A DNA stretch of 9,574 nucleotides from Candidatus Baldrarchaeota archaeon (lineage in GTDB: Archaea > Asgardarchaeota > Baldrarchaeia > Baldrarchaeales > DXJG01). The position numbers were made by a program, and so were the translations under genes. Location of the stretch: NCBI GenBank assembly GCA_016840485.1, contig JAEOSG010000096.1, positions 1 to 9,574 on the forward strand, in the 5' to 3' direction. The notes under the pieces are model-generated. The model saw only the letters and a program-made list of their open reading frames with translations, was not told the origin of the DNA and did no database searches. This document shows positions 6,420 through 9,574 of the stretch, one piece after another. How positions within the stretch are numbered: position 1 is the stretch's first letter; each line of letters opens with the position of its first letter.

Positions 6420-7394
6420 ATGTACTTTATTCCAACTTTTAAGGATGTACTTGACGCTAAAAAAATTGTTTCTAAGTATCTTATCAGAACTCCGTTGTTA
6501 TATTCTAAGCAGCTTTCAAGAATACTTGGATGCGATGCATATGTTAAGTGCGAGAATGCTCAGATTACTGGAGCATTTAAAGTTAGAGGAGGGGTTAATC
6601 TAGTTTCAAAGTTATCTGAGGAAGAGAAACGTAAGGGTGTTATTGCTGTTTCAACTGGGAATCACGGTTTATCAGTTGCTTATGCAGCTTCACTTTTCGA
6701 TGTAGATGCAACGATAGTTATGCCTGAAGGAGCTAATCCATTTAAAGTTCAAGCCATAAAAGATTTAGGCGCCAAAGTGGTTTTCCGTGGAAAAGATTAC
6801 GATGAAGCAAAAGAATGGACCGAGAAAGAAGCTGTTAAGGAAGGTTATCGATACATACATTCAGGAAATGAGCCGTACTTAATAGCGGGTGTAGGAACAC
6901 TATACTTAGAAATACTTGAAGACTTACCGGATGTAGATGTAATAATTGTTCCAGTTGGCGGGGGAAGTGGGGCCTCAGCAGCATGTATCGTAGCTAAAAC
7001 AGTAAACCCGGAAATAAAGGTCATTGGAGTTCAATCAAGTGGAGCACCAGCAGTATACCTTTCGTGGAAAAACAGAAAAATCGTGAAAATGGAGGAAGTA
7101 AAGACTTTTGCAGAAGGCTTAGCCACAAGAGCACCTTTCGAACTAACATTGGACATAATGTGGAAATATTTAGACGATATGATTCTTGTGGAGGATGAGG
7201 AAATAGCTAAAGCAATAATATTATTACTTCAAACGATTCATCAAGTAGCTGAAGGAGCTGGTGCAGCAGCAACAGCAGCAGCCCTAAAAATAAAAGAACA
7301 AATAAAAGGAAAAAAGGTGGCACTAGTTCTAAGTGGAGGTAACATATCCTTCGACAAACTAAAGGGAATAATCACAAAATACAGTTTAAACTGA
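6420..7394 (+). CDS. PLP-dependent threonine/serine dehydratase (fold-type II, threonine ammonia-lyase family, no ACT regulatory domain)
   Basis: Motifs seen: CENAQITGAFKVRGG (PLP lysine codon at 6579-6581), STGNHG, VPVGGGSGAS, EGAGAAATAAAL, LSGGNI. GTG, TTG and ATG are consecutive at 6414-6422. I prefer ATG 6420 because GGAGGTG ends 5 nt upstream. TATATTTTA at 6382-6390 is a possible TATA box. Confidence 0.85.
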   Translation: MYFIPTFKDVLDAKKIVSKYLIRTPLLYSKQLSRILGCDAYVKCENAQITGAFKVRGGVNLVSKLSEEEKRKGVIAVSTGNHGLSVAYAASLFDVDATIVMPEGANPFKVQAIKDLGAKVVFRGKDYDEAKEWTEKEAVKEGYRYIHSGNEPYLIAGVGTLYLEILEDLPDVDVIIVPVGGGSGASAACIVAKTVNPEIKVIGVQSSGAPAVYLSWKNRKIVKMEEVKTFAEGLATRAPFELTLDIMWKYLDDMILVEDEEIAKAIILLLQTIHQVAEGAGAAATAAALKIKEQIKGKKVALVLSGGNISFDKLKGIITKYSLN

Positions 7395-7411
7395 AACAAT
7401 TACATCATATA

Positions 7412-7416
7412 TTTTT
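7412..7416 (+). terminator. Oligo-T tract after the dehydratase gene
   Basis: T5 lies 18 nt after the TGA stop at 7392-7394, followed by ctactttctt. Confidence 0.3.
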
Positions 7417-7467
7417 CTACTTTCTTCAAGCTTACTAATAAATTAATTGAACAGGAAAATTAAAAAC

Positions 7468-7475
7468 TTTAAATA
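7468..7475 (+). promoter_or_regulatory. TATA box (TTTAAATA) of the copB promoter
   Basis: It matches the archaeal TTTAWATA consensus and is preceded by the purine-rich AAAAAC (BRE-like). It predicts a transcription start near 7497-7500, about 30 nt before the GTG start. Confidence 0.4.
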
Positions 7476-7484
7476 GTCTTTGAA

Positions 7485-7513
7485 GCAAATTTTGTTTATT
7501 AACTTAAATTTGC
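7485..7513. promoter_or_regulatory. 8-bp perfect inverted repeat GCAAATTT-N13-AAATTTGC spanning the predicted copB transcription start
   Basis: The arms are at 7485-7492 and 7506-7513. The repeat lies between the TATA box and the SD (GGAGG 7517-7521). This position fits an operator for a metal-responsive repressor. The arms are AT-rich, so chance occurrence is possible. Confidence 0.3.
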
Positions 7514-7528
7514 ATAGGAGGGTGGGAA

Positions 7529-9574
7529 GTGTATGAAAAACTTCCTAAAAAAGATAGTATGAGTCATGAACGTCATCTACATAAGTATGATGAAATTTCA
7601 ACTCAGCCAAAACCACATGCGCACCTTGAACATCACGTACATATGGTTGAAGAATTTAAGAAAAAATTCTGGATTTCGCTTATCTTAACAATTCCGATAC
7701 TTCTTCTTTCACCAATGATACAATCCCTGATAGGAATACAGATAAGATTTACTGGCGACATCTACCTACTCTTCTTTCTTTCAAGCATCATATATCTGTA
7801 TGGCGGATTACCCTTTATCAAAGGAATGATCAACGAACTACGTAAGAAAAATCCGGGAATGATGACCTTAATTGCAGTTGCAATCACCACTGCTTACGCA
7901 TATAGTAGCATTGTTGTCTTCGGACTACCAGGGAAAGTCTTCTTTTGGGAGTTAGCAACACTAATTGATATTATGCTTCTCGGCCATTGGATTGAAATGC
8001 GATCCGTACTAGGGGCATCCAAAGCACTGGAAGAAATGGTTAAATTAATGCCGTCAGAAGCTCATCTTCTCATGGAAGACGGTTCAACAATAGATGTACC
8101 AATTGAGAAAGTGAAGCCTGGCGACCGCGTACTAGTTAAACCTGGAGAAAAAATACCTGTAGATGGCATAGTAATTCAAGGACATACAACTGTCGATGAA
8201 AGTATGTTAACTGGAGAATCAAAACCCGTTGAAAAGGGTGAAGAAGATACTGTCATCGGCGGTTCAATAAATAATGAAGGATCAATAATTGTTGAAGTTC
8301 AGAAAACCGGCGCCGAAACATATCTTTCACAAGTAATTGAACTTGTTAGAGAAGCACAGCAAACCTGTTCAAAAACTCAAGATTTAGCAAATAGAGCTGC
8401 GTTCTGGTTAACAATAATTGCCTTAGGAGGCGGAACAGTCACAGTCTTAACGTGGGTCTTAATAGGAAAAGATATTGCTTTCGCATTGGAACGCGCCGTT
8501 ACTGTAATGGTAATTGCATGTCCTCATGCATTAGGCCTTGCAATTCCATTAGCTGTAGCAGTTTCAACATCATTGGCTGCTAAAAACGGTTTACTTATCA
8601 GAGAACGTAGCGCCTTTGAACGAGCCAGAAACCTGCAAGCAGTTGTTTTCGATAAAACTGGAACACTAACCGAAGGTAGATTTGGTGTAACAGATATTAT
8701 TCCCCTTTCCAGTAAAGATGAGAATGAAGTTTTAAGTCTTGCAGCTTCCCTAGAATTACGTTCCGAACATCCAATTGCACTAGGAATTGTTAAAAAAGCT
8801 CAAGAAAGAAATTTGTCACTTAAAGAAGTAACCGATTTTAAAGCTATTACAGGGAGAGGTATAGAAGGAGAAGTAGAAGGAAAGATCGTGAAAGTTGTTA
8901 GTCCAAGTTATTTAAAGGAGATTAATATAGAAGTCGATGATGGTAGAGTTGAAAAAGTTTTCAAGCAAGGAAAGACTGTCGTATTTGTTTTAGAAAATAA
9001 CCAGGTAATTGGAGCGATAGCATTGGCAGATATTGTACGTAAAGAATCGAGAGAAGCTATCAAGAAACTGAAAGAAATGGGACTAAAATGTATGATGCTT
9101 ACTGGAGACAATAAATATGTTGCAAAATGGGTAGCAGAAGAATTAGGTCTAGATGACTATTTTGCTGAAGTGTTACCCCATGAAAAAGCGACAGCTATTC
9201 GAAAAATACAGGAGCGTGGTCTCATAGTAGCAATGGTTGGAGACGGAATAAACGATGCTCCTGCCTTAGCACAAGCAGATATAGGAATCGCAATTGGAGC
9301 TGGCACCGATGTAGCCATAGAAACAGCAGACATAATCTTGGTTCGCAACGACTCTAGAGATGTAGTTGCAATTATTGGTCTTGCAAAAGCAACCTACAAG
9401 AAAATGATTCAAAACCTGCTTTGGGCAACAGGTTACAATGCTCTTGCAATTCCCCTTGCCGCAGGTATCCTCTACGGAGTCGGAATACTATTAACACCAG
9501 CAATAGGTGCCGTACTGATGTCTCTTAGTACACTCATTGTCTCCATTAATGCACGATTACTTTCCTTGGGATAA
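7529..9574 (+). CDS. copB: P1B-type heavy-metal (copper) translocating ATPase, CopB-like (P1B-3)
   Basis: 681 aa, complete, with TAA at 9572-9574. The N-terminus is His-rich (8 His in residues 13-38) and has no CxxC HMA domain. Motifs: TGES, CPH in a transmembrane helix (8519-8527), DKTGTLT (Asp codon at 8651-8653), [34 protein letters not shown] start lies 7 nt after GGAGG. ATG 7559 (MSHERH...) is an alternative start. Confidence 0.9.
   Translation: MYEKLPKKDSMSHERHLHKYDEISTQPKPHAHLEHHVHMVEEFKKKFWISLILTIPILLLSPMIQSLIGIQIRFTGDIYLLFFLSSIIYLYGGLPFIKGMINELRKKNPGMMTLIAVAITTAYAYSSIVVFGLPGKVFFWELATLIDIMLLGHWIEMRSVLGASKALEEMVKLMPSEAHLLMEDGSTIDVPIEKVKPGDRVLVKPGEKIPVDGIVIQGHTTVDESMLTGESKPVEKGEEDTVIGGSINNEGSIIVEVQKTGAETYLSQVIELVREAQQTCSKTQDLANRAAFWLTIIALGGGTVTVLTWVLIGKDIAFALERAVTVMVIACPHALGLAIPLAVAVSTSLAAKNGLLIRERSAFERARNLQAVVFDKTGTLTEGRFGVTDIIPLSSKDENEVLSLAASLELRSEHPIALGIVKKAQERNLSLKEVTDFKAITGRGIEGEVEGKIVKVVSPSYLKEINIEVDDGRVEKVFKQGKTVVFVLENNQVIGAIALADIVRKESREAIKKLKEMGLKCMMLTGDNKYVAKWVAEELGLDDYFAEVLPHEKATAIRKIQERGLIVAMVGDGINDAPALAQADIGIAIGAGTDVAIETADIILVRNDSRDVVAIIGLAKATYKKMIQNLLWATGYNALAIPLAAGILYGVGILLTPAIGAVLMSLSTLIVSINARLLSLG

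Noticed and set aside
8908-9348. Minus-strand ORFs 8908..9111 and 9157..9348
   Set aside because: They lie inside the copB gene on the opposite strand. copB motifs ([14 protein letters not shown]) occupy the sense frame there.
1-9574. CRISPR arrays, tRNA/rRNA genes, C/D-box sRNAs, transposases or IS ends, long direct or inverted repeats
   Set aside because: I read the intergenic spacers on both strands. I found no repeat-spacer periodicity, no GC-rich cloverleaf-like segments, no RUGAUGA...CUGA pairs with appropriate spacing, and no transposase-like ORFs. Absence is judged by eye only.

Overview
AT-rich window (mid-30s % GC by eye, not computed). It is tightly packed with ordinary chromosomal genes and looks most like an F420-using archaeon. 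The lineage call rests on indirect signs: A/T-rich TATA-like boxes about 30 nt upstream of starts, GGAGGTG-type Shine-Dalgarno motifs, oligo-T tracts after genes, and a COG1753-like VapB. Gene content left to right: (1) the 3' end of an unknown ORF; (2) on the minus strand, a nitroreductase-fold gene translationally coupled (TAATG) to cofD, with an ECF S-component-like membrane protein just upstream on the same strand; (3) a RidA/YjgF-family gene; (4) an M20 metallopeptidase gene (YgeY/DapE/ArgE-like) broken into three reading-frame segments; (5) a vapBC toxin-antitoxin pair; (6) an orphan membrane-anchored protein; (7) a PLP-dependent threonine/serine dehydratase; (8) a complete CopB-type (CPH motif, His-rich N-terminus) P1B heavy-metal ATPase ending exactly at the window edge. 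I saw no rRNA, tRNA, CRISPR array, transposase or long repeat. The three items most worth a second look: the doubly frameshifted M20 gene, whose first break sits on a canonical A_AAA_AAA slippery heptamer; the free-standing FbiB-C-terminal-like nitroreductase fused by stop/start overlap to cofD; and the solitary S-component next to these late F420 genes. Nothing here convinces me that a wholly new multi-gene system is present. All functional assignments come from motif recognition by eye, not database searches.
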